This document shows positions 22,044 to 31,444 of a stretch of DNA of 64,000 nucleotides, piece by piece. Under the pieces are notes generated by a model, which was not told the DNA's origin, did not search any database, and saw nothing but the letters and a program-made list of their open reading frames with translations. A program made the translations under genes and the position numbers. Numbering within the stretch: position 1 is the stretch's first letter; every line of letters starts with the position of its first letter. The stretch spans positions 64,001 through 128,000 of the forward strand of contig CAWDYC010000006.1 in NCBI GenBank assembly GCA_963806535.1. Reading direction: 5' to 3'. Source of the stretch: Candidatus Bathyarchaeota archaeon (GTDB lineage Archaea > Thermoproteota > Bathyarchaeia > Bathyarchaeales > Bathycorpusculaceae).

Positions 22044-22395
22044 CTAAGGCTTGGTTTCTTCTAGTTTTTCAGACAGCATTTGCTCTTCCATATGCAGAAG
22101 CAAGCCTACTCGACGTTCCCACCTATTAAAGAATCGAAACTGCGAGTACATTGCGTAAATGCTGTAGCCTAAAAAGATGCCTGCAAAAATCAAAACAACA
22201 AAATCTACCAATCCCAACCCGAAATGCCTGGTTCTTAGCAGCAACCACAACGACAATTATGAATAAGATTCCTGAAGAAACAAGCCCTATTAGAGTGCCA
22301 TTTCGAAATTTTGTCCATTCTTTATCTAACTCAAATAGAAAGTCATGCAGAGACTTGACTGGGTAGAGCTTTTCTTCATTGCTTTCTTTAGTCAT
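22044..22395 (-). CDS. Two-TM membrane protein (frameshift near 22245)
   Basis: Two overlapping ORFs join into SLHDFLFELDKEW...TM...TM...RWERRVGLL. Confidence 0.6.
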
Positions 22396-22463
22396 TTTCT
22401 TTCCTTCCTTATTTCATCGATTTTTTTCTTTTATACCTGATGCACCAAAGATGAACGTGATTT

Positions 22464-22721
22464 TTAGAGTATTGAAGGAAGCGATTTGCGAAGTTCAATG
22501 TAGATTTTTCTTCCTTCTTCCGTTAACGAGCAAAAACCTTCCGATGTTTCTTTCACCAGTTTCTTTTCTTCAAGAAAAACTAAATGTTTTAGAAAATCGT
22601 CGTAGGAAAGATTTGTTGATTTTCGCCAGATCACTGTTCTTAGCTGAGGTTTCGAATTGAAAAATAGGTATTCCAATATTTCAAATCGAATTTGAACAGC
22701 GTTTTTTCTAATCCTTGCCAT
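22464..22721 (-). CDS. Archaeal winged-HTH DNA-binding protein
   Basis: EILEYL...TNLSY..F.KHL.FLEEKKLV...SLTEEGR pattern (HTH_45-like). Confidence 0.75.
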   Translation of the reverse strand: MARIRKNAVQIRFEILEYLFFNSKPQLRTVIWRKSTNLSYDDFLKHLVFLEEKKLVKETSEGFCSLTEEGRKIYIELRKSLPSIL

Positions 22722-22828
22722 TCTTCAGATGCACCAGTAACGGATGCTAATTATTTAGTGCGCAAGTATATAATAAGGTAATTTAGCACTCATTAATTGC
22801 TTTCTGAATTTTTTGGGGTCTGTCAACT

Positions 22829-22936
22829 TTCATTCTTCATCTTTCCCGATCAGACTGGGACGGCGACATCATCCCCCATCGAATCAACACCGTCCCAGTC
22901 TAAAAGGGCTTTGGTGAAGGAAAGATGAAAAATGAA
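22829..22936. repeat. Nested inverted repeat (long hairpin) overlapping the integrase start
   Basis: TTCATTCTTCATCTTTCC (22829-22846) pairs with GGAAAGATGAAAAATGAA (22919-22936), 17/18; AGACTGGGACGG (22852-22863) pairs perfectly with CCGTCCCAGTCT (22890-22901). Confidence 0.85.
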
Positions 22937-23876
22937 CAAAAAAATCGTAAAAGAACTCTTAAAACAACTCCAACAGGAGAACCAAGACCCCCAAGACATA
23001 GGAAAACTAAACATAGCAAACGTAATGCTCTGGATGAAAAAAGAAGCCTACGAACCAACAACCATAAAAAGAGTAGCAAAAGAACTAAGACACTTAGAAC
23101 GCAACTGCAACACAGCCAAACCCGAAGAAGTAAAACTCTACATAGCCAACAAAAAATGCTCAAACGCAAGAAAAGAAAACCTCATAGAATCCTACAACAT
23201 AGCAATCCAATCCTTAGGACTAACATGGAACAAACCCTTTTATCAACGCCAAGACAAAAAACGCAGAGCACCAAAAGAAGAATCAGTACAATTTATCATA
23301 AACCACGTTAAGTTTCCATTAAACCTTAAACTAAAAATGTCAAGAGACTTAGGAGAACGACCCATAGAATTAACATGGCTAAAAGTCCAAGACATAGACT
23401 TAACAACAGGAAAAACAGACCTTACAGGCGCAAAACACACAATCGGAAGAGAAGGAAAACTTAAACAAGACACCTTAGAACTGCTAAAAAGATACATCAA
23501 AAGAGAAAACCTAAACCCAACAAGCATAATATTTCCAACAACATCAGACAACTTAAGCACAGATTACAGACACGCAAGAAACAGACTTGCAGAAAAATAC
23601 AACATGCCCGAACTCAAACAAGTACAACTTTATGATTTTCGCAGACGAAAAGGAACAAGAGAATACAAACTATCTGGACACAACTTTTTACACGTTAAGA
23701 AAATCTTAGGACACAAAGACGCACGAAGCACAGAAAAATACATAACCGAAGATGAACAAATCGAATGGCTACCAATCAAATGCACAACAGACGAAGAAAT
23801 CCAGCAAGCAATCAAAGACGATTGCATCCTTGTAGGACACGAAAATGGAATATGGTACTTCAAAAAACCAGTATAG
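22932..23876 (+). CDS. Tyrosine recombinase / site-specific integrase
   Basis: Catalytic R (GERPIE), K (GAKH), YDFR (archaeal YxxR), LGHKD and Y (TEKY) are all intact. Confidence 0.92.
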   Translation: MNKKIVKELLKQLQQENQDPQDIGKLNIANVMLWMKKEAYEPTTIKRVAKELRHLERNCNTAKPEEVKLYIANKKCSNARKENLIESYNIAIQSLGLTWNKPFYQRQDKKRRAPKEESVQFIINHVKFPLNLKLKMSRDLGERPIELTWLKVQDIDLTTGKTDLTGAKHTIGREGKLKQDTLELLKRYIKRENLNPTSIIFPTTSDNLSTDYRHARNRLAEKYNMPELKQVQLYDFRRRKGTREYKLSGHNFLHVKKILGHKDARSTEKYITEDEQIEWLPIKCTTDEEIQQAIKDDCILVGHENGIWYFKKPV

Positions 23877-23954
23877 CAATCTGAACTTATATTTTTCAAA
23901 CTTTAAGAAGCAAAACAGAAATAGAGGGTTTAAGTGTAAATTAAGTCGAAGGTC

Positions 23955-24827
23955 ATGCAAACGAACGAATTAGAAACTGCGATTTCACAGGATTTGAAAG
24001 CCGCAATAGAGGCTTTCAAGGGAGATTCTTTCGATAATGTTAATGCTTTAGCAAATCGAATGATGTCTAATGCGATTTTTGGAACAAATGAAAAGATTAT
24101 TTTACCAGGATTTTTCTTAAAAGACGTGGCTTTCACTTTTATGATTATTAAGAGCGGAAAAAAACCTAGTGCCTATGCAACTGCAAAAGCGCAAGGATAT
24201 TCTTATGTCCAAGGCTTAGAGAAAGCACTGATTGAACTTAACGAAGACCAAATCTGGAAAGAATTTCTGGATTATGATAACAAAATTCGAAAATACCAAA
24301 TGTCCGAATGGGAAGAAAGAAGCTACTCTGATAACACCAAATTTACTAATGAATCCTATAAATGGCTAATAAGTTACCTCGTTTCCCATAAGCAACTACT
24401 ATTATCCGACCCACGGAATCAATTAATAAAAGGTATTATTAATGAAATGGTCAGGCTATATCGAGTTCATTCAGCGACTTTAGAAGACGTAATGCTTCTC
24501 TGTTTAGTAATTGCTCTCGATAGAAATTATGATTATGCTAGAAGGGTTTGGTATCAACCAGATGCTCGAATAATTGATGAGAACCAAATGAATCAATTGA
24601 TTATTCCCGCGATTGATAAAATCGCAAATTTGAGTAAAGAAGGAGTAAAAATCAAGGAAGTCGATACTTTACTTTGGCAGCTGGTAAAGGCATGGAGAGA
24701 ATTTTTTATACAATTTGGTGAAATGCTTCCCCAAGGAATCGCTCTTCAAAAAGGAATTGAATTACCTGATGAGTTGAAGAAAAAACTTACGGAAAGTTTA
24801 ACAAAAACTCTTGAAAAAGAGGTGTAG
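23955..24827 (+). CDS. Hypothetical alpha-helical protein (element cargo)
   Basis: 290-aa intact ORF in an operon with the next two genes. Confidence 0.7.
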   Translation: MQTNELETAISQDLKAAIEAFKGDSFDNVNALANRMMSNAIFGTNEKIILPGFFLKDVAFTFMIIKSGKKPSAYATAKAQGYSYVQGLEKALIELNEDQIWKEFLDYDNKIRKYQMSEWEERSYSDNTKFTNESYKWLISYLVSHKQLLLSDPRNQLIKGIINEMVRLYRVHSATLEDVMLLCLVIALDRNYDYARRVWYQPDARIIDENQMNQLIIPAIDKIANLSKEGVKIKEVDTLLWQLVKAWREFFIQFGEMLPQGIALQKGIELPDELKKKLTESLTKTLEKEV

Positions 24828-24833
24828 TGGTTA

Positions 24834-25664
24834 ATGATTTCTCTAAATCCGCTTCAGGAATTAGCCTCATACATTAAAAGTAATTATCCAGAAGCATCCC
24901 CTGAAGAGATTTCTGAAATAGCCTTCGCCATATTAAGCCAAGAAATTCTTCCAGAAGTATTCAAAAGTATTAAACTACCAGATTTCCCTACTTATCGTAT
25001 GGTTGCAAAAAACAAAGCTGATACCCTGAAAGGAATAACAACCGAGAACCCCGTAGATTTAAACAATAGACGAAGAATAATCCAGCAAATAGAAGATGTC
25101 AGATACGAAATGGGGTGGGACGGCATAGATGATTTAACATCAAGAAATTTCCATGTGACCAATTCAACTAATCTAAATAATTTCACCGAAAACATTTCGG
25201 CAAAAGCAAGAGATAGCCAGAAAAGAACGGAAGTTGAAACTGAGCCTGATAAAAAAAGAGATAACAAACGCAGTGAAGGAAATTCAATTAAATTGGAGGA
25301 GCCATCCAAAGATTACATTTCCTTGTCAGATACAGCCCAAAACAAAGTTGTATCAGAGCTTATTTTTGAAGAACTCTTGAGAAAAATCGAAATTGAACTT
25401 CGCAAAACAGTGATATCAAGAAACCTAAAAGCCGAAATAGAGTTAATCTGTAAAACCGACGCTGAAATTTCTTCATGGAATAAATGCATTTTAAAAATTC
25501 GTCCGTTGGATAACCTAAAATTCGAGGAAAGAATGAATATTTCGACAATAATCGACCTACTTGTGCGGAAGATTATAACCGAAATGAAAAAAACCGCCGA
25601 CCAAGATACATCTAATTATCTTAGAGATATTACAAGAAACTTCTTTGTTCATATTGATTTATAG
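24834..25664 (+). CDS. Hypothetical protein preceding the HEPN gene (possible antitoxin partner)
   Basis: SD GAGGTG; C-terminal DAEISSWNKCILKI...FFVHIDL region; directly adjacent to HEPN. Confidence 0.6.
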   Translation: MISLNPLQELASYIKSNYPEASPEEISEIAFAILSQEILPEVFKSIKLPDFPTYRMVAKNKADTLKGITTENPVDLNNRRRIIQQIEDVRYEMGWDGIDDLTSRNFHVTNSTNLNNFTENISAKARDSQKRTEVETEPDKKRDNKRSEGNSIKLEEPSKDYISLSDTAQNKVVSELIFEELLRKIEIELRKTVISRNLKAEIELICKTDAEISSWNKCILKIRPLDNLKFEERMNISTIIDLLVRKIITEMKKTADQDTSNYLRDITRNFFVHIDL

Positions 25665-26064
25665 GTGGAAGAAAATGGCTTATCGTGTCCGTAGTTTTCC
25701 GCCAAGAAGATTTCAAGTATTGGCAAGTAAATTGCTCGCAGACCAAGACCCAGAGTATGATTCAGACTGCAAAGCAAGAACGGCAATCGGTCGCTTTTAC
25801 TATGCAGCCCTTTTGATAGCACATCAAAAACTTAACCAACAGGGAATAAGTGTTCCAAATTCTTCTACAATTCATCAAGACGTAATTACATCGTTTAATG
25901 AGCAAAACTCAACAATTGGAAGCTTGTTAGACCAATTACGTGAAAAAAGAGTAGATGCCGATTATTACATGGCAGCTCAAGTAAACATCAATATTGCAAA
26001 GAAATATGAATTAATGGCAGAACGTGTGATTGCATTAATAGACCAATGGAAAGTTTCAAAATAG
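25645..26064 (+). CDS. HEPN-domain protein
   Basis: RTAIGRFYYAALL...HQDVI...LDQLREKRVDADY (DUF86/UPF0332-like HEPN); true start is probably MAYRVR. Confidence 0.8.
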   Translation: MFILIYRWKKMAYRVRSFPPRRFQVLASKLLADQDPEYDSDCKARTAIGRFYYAALLIAHQKLNQQGISVPNSSTIHQDVITSFNEQNSTIGSLLDQLREKRVDADYYMAAQVNINIAKKYELMAERVIALIDQWKVSK

Positions 26065-26269
26065 ATACAGTTCGTACCAATTAATACTTTACAATTCTTT
26101 GAGACTTTGTCAAAGTGATTTTGCAAAAAATTGATTTAATCTAAGCGAGTGCTTCATCCTTGTCGAAATATTGCTATTTTGTTCGCTCCGCTTGGCTTCG
26201 CTTGCGCTTGCGCGCTCGCTCCGCTTTGCCAAACGAACCGCATGCTTAATTGCAGCAAAAACTGTAAAT

Positions 26270-26581
26270 TTAAATTTCTTCGTAAGCAACGAAATTTTCC
26301 TCTGGAATAAAACCAATTTCTGCCAAACTCACGCGATTGAACAAAGAATTTGCGAATTGATATATGGCAAGGCGCTCAAGATAACCAAGCCCATTTCTAA
26401 AGCCAAAAACGCTAATATGATATACACCCGCTAAGTCGTCGCTAATTTTGACCGCTTGCAAAGTTATTGCGTACGGAATCGTAATCAAATTATTTCGCTC
26501 TATAAAATCGGTGCATACCCTGTCCAATCGAATCTTTTTCCATTCACGCTCTAACCTTCGTTTCTGTTGACGATTCAAAAG
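26270..26581 (-). CDS. Small hypothetical protein downstream of Rep (may instead be the Rep C-terminus)
   Basis: SD-like GGGGTGA precedes TTG NRQQKRRLERE...; same frame as the last Rep segment. Confidence 0.45.
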   Translation of the reverse strand, partial: LLNRQQKRRLEREWKKIRLDRVCTDFIERNNLITIPYAITLQAVKISDDLAGVYHISVFGFRNGLGYLERLAIYQFANSLFNRVSLAEIGFIPEENFVAYEEI

Positions 26582-26589
26582 ATAGTCAC

Positions 26590-27676
26590 CCCATTTTTTA
26601 TTGCTATCATCAACAATTTCCCAAAGCGGTGTCCCATCCTCTGCAAACATGCTTAGGACTTCGCCCTTTCGAGTAAGCAAGAGTTTAGAATTACCTAAGT
26701 ATCGGATATGAACTAACTCGGAATTGCAGATAGGACACTTATGTTGAATTCCAACGTCATTTCACCGTTAATTATCTCCAGCTTTCGATAGGAGCAAGCA
26801 CCGAACCATGTTGTCGCATGAGATTTTTTGGAGCCTCTTTGAATCGAGCAGTGATTTAACTGATACCAGCAAGTTCCGCCAACAGTTTTGCGTTTATCTA
26901 AGACCTTGACAACCCAACCGTCCTTTTTGTTCTCACGTCTTGTGACACCTTCAAAGCCTTTGCAGGCGTAGCAGTCACCGCCTTTGCATTTTCGGCATAA
27001 GACCGTAGCCTTCGCCACCGACAAAACCGAGTATGTGGAAGTGTGGACTCCAGCGCCAGCCAAAAGGTACACCTTTTATTCGAGCTTCTTTTCGGTTGGC
27101 ATAACGGAAGCCATGAAAGATTATGGAGCCACCGATGATTCCACGATTAGCCATTAATCGGACTGCTTTCTTGCGTAATGCATCAAGACTTAAACCGTAA
27201 TCTTCGCTTCTGATGCTTACTACTATGTGTTCAACTGGAAGCCCAAAGCGATTAGAAGCTACTTTTAGGCGTTCTTCCATTCGATAGGCTTCTCTAACAG
27301 CCCAACCGTACTTGAAGCAAACCGGACAAGTTGGTTTATCGCAGGAGTGATAAATCGGTTTAACAAAAACGGAATCTTTCGCTAAACCTTCATTAAAGAA
27401 ACGAGCTTGATTATGCGCCTTATAGTTTAGGCAACCCATGTATTTGTTGAATGTTCCGCATTTAGGAGATGTTTGTTTTCCATGACCAACAAGAACGTAC
27501 CTTCCCCATTCAAACCCAAATTTGTTAGCTTTATTATATTCGACAGAAGACTGAGCGTACGAACTATTGGAGTCATTTTGGTTTTGAAAACTTTCAAACT
27601 CATTGAACTCGTTCTGTTTGAGAGCCATGTTAATCAACGGTAGGTTCTTAAAGCAAGACCTCAGATAAACAGTCAA
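26590..27676 (-). CDS. HUH-superfamily rolling-circle replication initiator (Rep), frameshifts near 27000 and 26765
   Basis: CDKPTCPVC zinc site, motif I EHIVVS, GGSIIFHGFR, motif II WSPHFHILG, motif III WYQLNH, C-terminal KCPICNSEL knuckle after rejoining frames. Confidence 0.75.
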
Positions 27677-27783
27677 GTAAATTTACCAATATGGTTAACA
27701 ATGATGAACCAACGAAAAAGTAAAGACAAAAACTTTCAAGATATAAAGAACGAGTATCAAGAGTATCTTGAACATATAAGATA

Positions 27784-28803
27784 GGGGTGTGCAGAATTTA
27801 AGCTGCTCCTCAATTATATTTTATTATGGAAGCCTGTGAGGTTGTCAGGCTTTTCGTCAACAAAGCGATAGTTCCAGCCGAACCCAAAAGAAGAGGAAAC
27901 CCTGGTTATGGTCGAGTTAAAGCAATCAGAGTTTTAGTCTACGCACGGCTCAAACGGTTAGGGAATGACACGCGCATAGTTGAGTATCTAAAGAAGCACA
28001 TGGATGTTTCAAGAATCTTGGGGCTTTGCAGAGCACCCAATAGAACCACTGTTGGAAGATGGTGGAAACGTTACATGAGTCTTTTGGAAGAAATTTTCAT
28101 AAAGACAGCAGACATGCTTCAACTCATTGAGCCAACAACTACAGTTATTGTTGATTCAACACCTCTTGTTGATCTCGACGATATTGAGGCAGAATGGGGT
28201 TACACAAGCAGGGGAAAGTTCAGAGGTTTTAAGCTTCACGCAGCCGTAAATCAGTCGGGTTTGCCCTTGAGGGCTATAATTACGCCGGGTAACAAGTATG
28301 ATGGACCATTTCTTCCAAAACTAATTGAGGATTTGGAGGCAGATTACGTTTTAGCAGATGCAGCCTATAGTTCAAAAAGGAATTTTATAGCTGTTAGAGA
28401 CATCGCTGCTGTGCCAGTTATCGCTGATAACCCTCGGAAAAAGGGAAAAAGCCGAAAAATCGAGTCTAATGAATTGTTGAAGACTAAGCGTTATGTCATT
28501 GAGCAGTTCAACGGACATCTAAAAGATAATGTTTTGGACAAGTGTTGGATTAGGCCAAAGGGATTAATCAAAAAGGCGGCTATGGTTATAGCGGGATTGA
28601 TTAGTTATGATGCTGAAGCCATAAGATCGCTTGTCGCTGGCGAAGAAAGTCTAAAAAGCATAAGCAAGTATTGGGCTTGACGCAATAACAATGGTCATGG
28701 AGCCCGCAAAGACACCAAACCAATGGTATACACGCGTATCAGCCCAAACCTGCTCAAAGATAGCTTAGCTAACAAACTATAAAAAACGAATTGTGCACAT
28801 GCC
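27784..28803 (+). mobile_element. Insertion sequence (DDE_Tnp_1, IS5/IS4-like) with imperfect TIRs and TA flanks
   Basis: Left TIR GGGGTGTGCAGAATT, right TIR (reverse complement) GGCATGTGCACAATT; TA at 27782-83 and 28804-05. Confidence 0.85.
27826..28680 (+). CDS. DDE transposase
   Basis: VDSTP, GFKLHAAV, LADAAYSS and RYVIEQFN motifs. Confidence 0.9.
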   Translation: MEACEVVRLFVNKAIVPAEPKRRGNPGYGRVKAIRVLVYARLKRLGNDTRIVEYLKKHMDVSRILGLCRAPNRTTVGRWWKRYMSLLEEIFIKTADMLQLIEPTTTVIVDSTPLVDLDDIEAEWGYTSRGKFRGFKLHAAVNQSGLPLRAIITPGNKYDGPFLPKLIEDLEADYVLADAAYSSKRNFIAVRDIAAVPVIADNPRKKGKSRKIESNELLKTKRYVIEQFNGHLKDNVLDKCWIRPKGLIKKAAMVIAGLISYDAEAIRSLVAGEESLKSISKYWA

Positions 28804-28896
28804 TATAATGTTATAGTGAAATAAATATATAGTTAATTGAATATTTGGTGATAAAGTATTAAAGTAACTTATTCTACTAAATTACTTGTGTCATAA

Positions 28897-29172
28897 ATGA
28901 CTGTGGCAATCAAAATTGAAGAAGCGAAAAAAGCTAAAGTTGAAAGGTTTCAAGCCTCTCTCTTGCTTCAAGAAAACATAAAGATTACTATGCAAGAAGT
29001 CTTAGGTCTAATGATCGATTACGCTCTCGAAAACGAAGAAGAAATCATCAAGAAACTTAAAGAATTGCCCGCTCTCGAAGACGACCCAGCGTGGAAAACA
29101 CTGAATAATCCAAAACATTGGGGCATCAAAGACTCTTCAAAAAGGATAGATGAATTTATCTACGGTTGCTGA
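28897..29172 (+). CDS. Putative antitoxin (VapB-like)
   Basis: Small gene before a PIN gene; C-terminal DSSKRIDEFIYG typical of archaeal VapB. Confidence 0.7.
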   Translation: MTVAIKIEEAKKAKVERFQASLLLQENIKITMQEVLGLMIDYALENEEEIIKKLKELPALEDDPAWKTLNNPKHWGIKDSSKRIDEFIYGC

Positions 29173-29178
29173 ACATTC

Positions 29179-29586
29179 ATGGCGGTTTTTGTGGACACAG
29201 GAATTTTCGTAGCCTTACACAATGGGGACGACGAGTTTCACTTAAGAAGCAGAGAACTCATGAAACAAGCGTTGAAAAGCGATTTTGGTCGAATATTTAC
29301 CTCAGATTACGTGATAGATGAAGCAATTACTACAGCGCTGGTGAGAACCAAAAAACATGACATAGCCTATGATTTGGGCAGGTATATAATCGAGTCACCC
29401 AGAATAACAAAACTTTGGATTGGAGAAGACTCTTTTGAGCTGGCGTGGAAAAAATTCAACGTGTTCAAGGATAAACCTCTGAGCTTCACTGACTGCACCT
29501 CTCTGGCTATTATTGAAGCGAAGGGGATTAAACAGATTATGAGCTTTGATGGCGGTTTTGATGGATTGATTACTAGACTCTGTTAG
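29179..29586 (+). CDS. vapC: VapC PIN-domain toxin
   Basis: VFVDTG...VIDE...LSFTDCTS...SFD..FD. Confidence 0.9.
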   Translation: MAVFVDTGIFVALHNGDDEFHLRSRELMKQALKSDFGRIFTSDYVIDEAITTALVRTKKHDIAYDLGRYIIESPRITKLWIGEDSFELAWKKFNVFKDKPLSFTDCTSLAIIEAKGIKQIMSFDGGFDGLITRLC

Positions 29587-29682
29587 CTACGCTCTATGAG
29601 CCTGGTGCTGTTTTGAGGGCGTTAAAAAGTTATACCTGCCTGTGGGAAAGTATAAATAATGTTCCAACTAGTTGGATAATCA

Positions 29683-29943
29683 GTGACTAAGATGCCTAGG
29701 AAAAATGTTGGTTCTAAAGGTCAAGTCGTGATTCCTAAACTGATGAGAGATAGATTGGGGTTGAAGCCAGGTGTCGAGGTAATTCTTGAAATGCGTGAAC
29801 AAGAAATAATAATAAAAAAACCCCAAGTTAGAGGTAGCTATACTGAATACTTCATAACTACTTCCTCTCCAAAAATAAAGAAGCCAATAGATATTAAGAA
29901 ATTAATAACTCAAGAAGTCGAAGAAAGACATGCATTACATTGA
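29683..29943 (+). CDS. AbrB/MazE-type antitoxin
   Basis: SKGQVVIPK..RDRLGLKPG. Confidence 0.9.
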   Translation: MTKMPRKNVGSKGQVVIPKLMRDRLGLKPGVEVILEMREQEIIIKKPQVRGSYTEYFITTSSPKIKKPIDIKKLITQEVEERHALH

Positions 29944-30346
29944 TTCAAACGTTTTCATTTATCCAGTATTATACGCAGTGGAAGCAGAGCCGAAAGCAAA
30001 GAAAGCTAAACAAATTTTGATCAACATTGAAAAAGGAGAATTGACTGCGTATACTTCAACGTTGACGTGGGATGAGGTTGTTTGGGTTATCAGTAAGACA
30101 CTTGGAAGGGAAGAAGGGATAAGTCAGGGTCAGAAACTGCTTGGTTTTCCAAATTTGGGATTCATTGCTGCTGACGCGAATATCATTGGTCAAGCCCAAG
30201 CCCTAATGGACAAATATAGTCTGAGTCCACGTGATTCCATCCATGTTGCTTCGGCAATTCAAAGAAAGATCAAAACGATCATTAGCGACGATAAAGATAT
30301 TGATCAAGTTAGGGAAATTGAGCGGTCTCCTCTTGGTAAAACTTAA
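29930..30346 (+). CDS. vapC: VapC PIN-domain toxin
   Basis: YIDSNVFIY...WDE...RDSIHVASA...SDDKD. Confidence 0.9.
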   Translation: MHYIDSNVFIYPVLYAVEAEPKAKKAKQILINIEKGELTAYTSTLTWDEVVWVISKTLGREEGISQGQKLLGFPNLGFIAADANIIGQAQALMDKYSLSPRDSIHVASAIQRKIKTIISDDKDIDQVREIERSPLGKT

Positions 30347-30406
30347 AGCTTGAATGAATGGACAAATATTTGCGGTTGGCTATTCATCAACCTGTCTTTT
30401 TTCCTG

Positions 30407-30506
30407 GACTTTTTCCGACTTTTTTAGACTTTATTCGACTCAACTTGCAGAGAAATCAGACTCTAAATTGAAAAAGCAACTTAATGCACAAAGAACAAAA
30501 CATAGC
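30407..30506 (+). repeat. Decamer-array + conserved tail element, copy A
   Basis: GACT at 30407/30417/30427/30437, then CAACTTGCAG...AAAAAGCAACTTAATGCACAAAGAACAAAAC. Confidence 0.85.
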
Positions 30507-30619
30507 ATAACATTTTGTTTCCCTCCCTGAGTGCAGTTTTAGTGAGACTTTCAGAAGATTTTTCAATAATTTTAGCATCACAATAATTTTATATACGCTA
30601 TTTACCATACAATATTTGT

Positions 30620-30844
30620 ATGTCAGAAATACTTACAGTAAGAGTTGACAAAACTCTTAAAGGGAAGATAAAAAAATACAAACTAAGCGTTAGCAAAATC
30701 ACACGACAAGCACTAGAAGAAGAAATTAAGAAACGCGAAAAACAAGAACTAACGGATGCGATTGTTGAAATGAAGACGCTGCTTGAAAAGATTCCCGACG
30801 AAGAAATAATAAAAGCTATAAGAGAATCAAGAGACCAACGATGA
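30620..30844 (+). CDS. RHH/CcdA-like antitoxin (VapB)
   Basis: MSEILTVRVDK...VSKITRQALEEEI...IRESRDQR; stop overlaps the vapC start. Confidence 0.85.
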   Translation: MSEILTVRVDKTLKGKIKKYKLSVSKITRQALEEEIKKREKQELTDAIVEMKTLLEKIPDEEIIKAIRESRDQR

Positions 30845-31251
30845 AATACCTTCTAGACGCAAGCTCGCTTATGCTGTTAATCAAAAAAACCGAGGTCGAA
30901 TCAACAGTCAAAATTCTGCAAGAATCTTCTATTCTAAATCTTACATTTTACGAAGTAGGCAACGCACTTTGGAAAGAAAGCACCCTCTTAAAGTTCTTAA
31001 CGCCGCAAGAAGCCAAGAAACTAGGAGCCATGGGGCAGATTATTCTCGCAAAGATTGATAAGCTGTCAAGCGAGAGTGAAGATTTTCAGAAAATCCTGGA
31101 TATTGCACAAGATGAAATCCTATCTTTTTACGATTCAAGTTATGCATTTTTCGCAAAACAAAAGGGACTGACACTAGTTACTGAAGACAAGAAACTTGAG
31201 TTGAAAGCCAAAAAATACGTCACAGTTCAAAAGCTTGTAACATTGTTTTAA
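30841..31251 (+). CDS. vapC: VapC PIN-domain toxin
   Basis: YLLDASS...YEVGNALWK...SFYDSSY...LVTEDKKL. Confidence 0.9.
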   Translation: MKYLLDASSLMLLIKKTEVESTVKILQESSILNLTFYEVGNALWKESTLLKFLTPQEAKKLGAMGQIILAKIDKLSSESEDFQKILDIAQDEILSFYDSSYAFFAKQKGLTLVTEDKKLELKAKKYVTVQKLVTLF

Positions 31252-31299
31252 AGTGAAGATAATCTTTTTCTAATGATCGACTAATCAAAAATAGTCAGA

Positions 31300-31372
31300 G
31301 TCTTTTTTGGACTTATTTAGACTTTTTCCGACTTTTTTAGACTTTATTCGACTCAACCTGAAAGGATTTAAG
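31300..31372 (+). repeat. Decamer-array element, copy B (tail truncated)
   Basis: GACT at 31310/20/30/40/50, then CAACCTGAAAGG; the last three units are identical to copy A. Confidence 0.85.
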
Positions 31373-31444
31373 TTTGTTGCCACAGGAATTTTTCTGACAA
31401 ATTATATATCGATTTAAAGCAGTGTAATATTCAAGGCGATTTGT

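Noticed and set aside
22900-23311. Overlapping ORFs 22925-23311 (+) and 22900-23169 (-)
   Set aside because: Shadow frames of the integrase, kept open by its A/C skew
27702-28823. Small ORF MMNQRKSKDK... interrupted by the IS
   Set aside because: Only about 33 codons after removing the IS, with no recognisable motif
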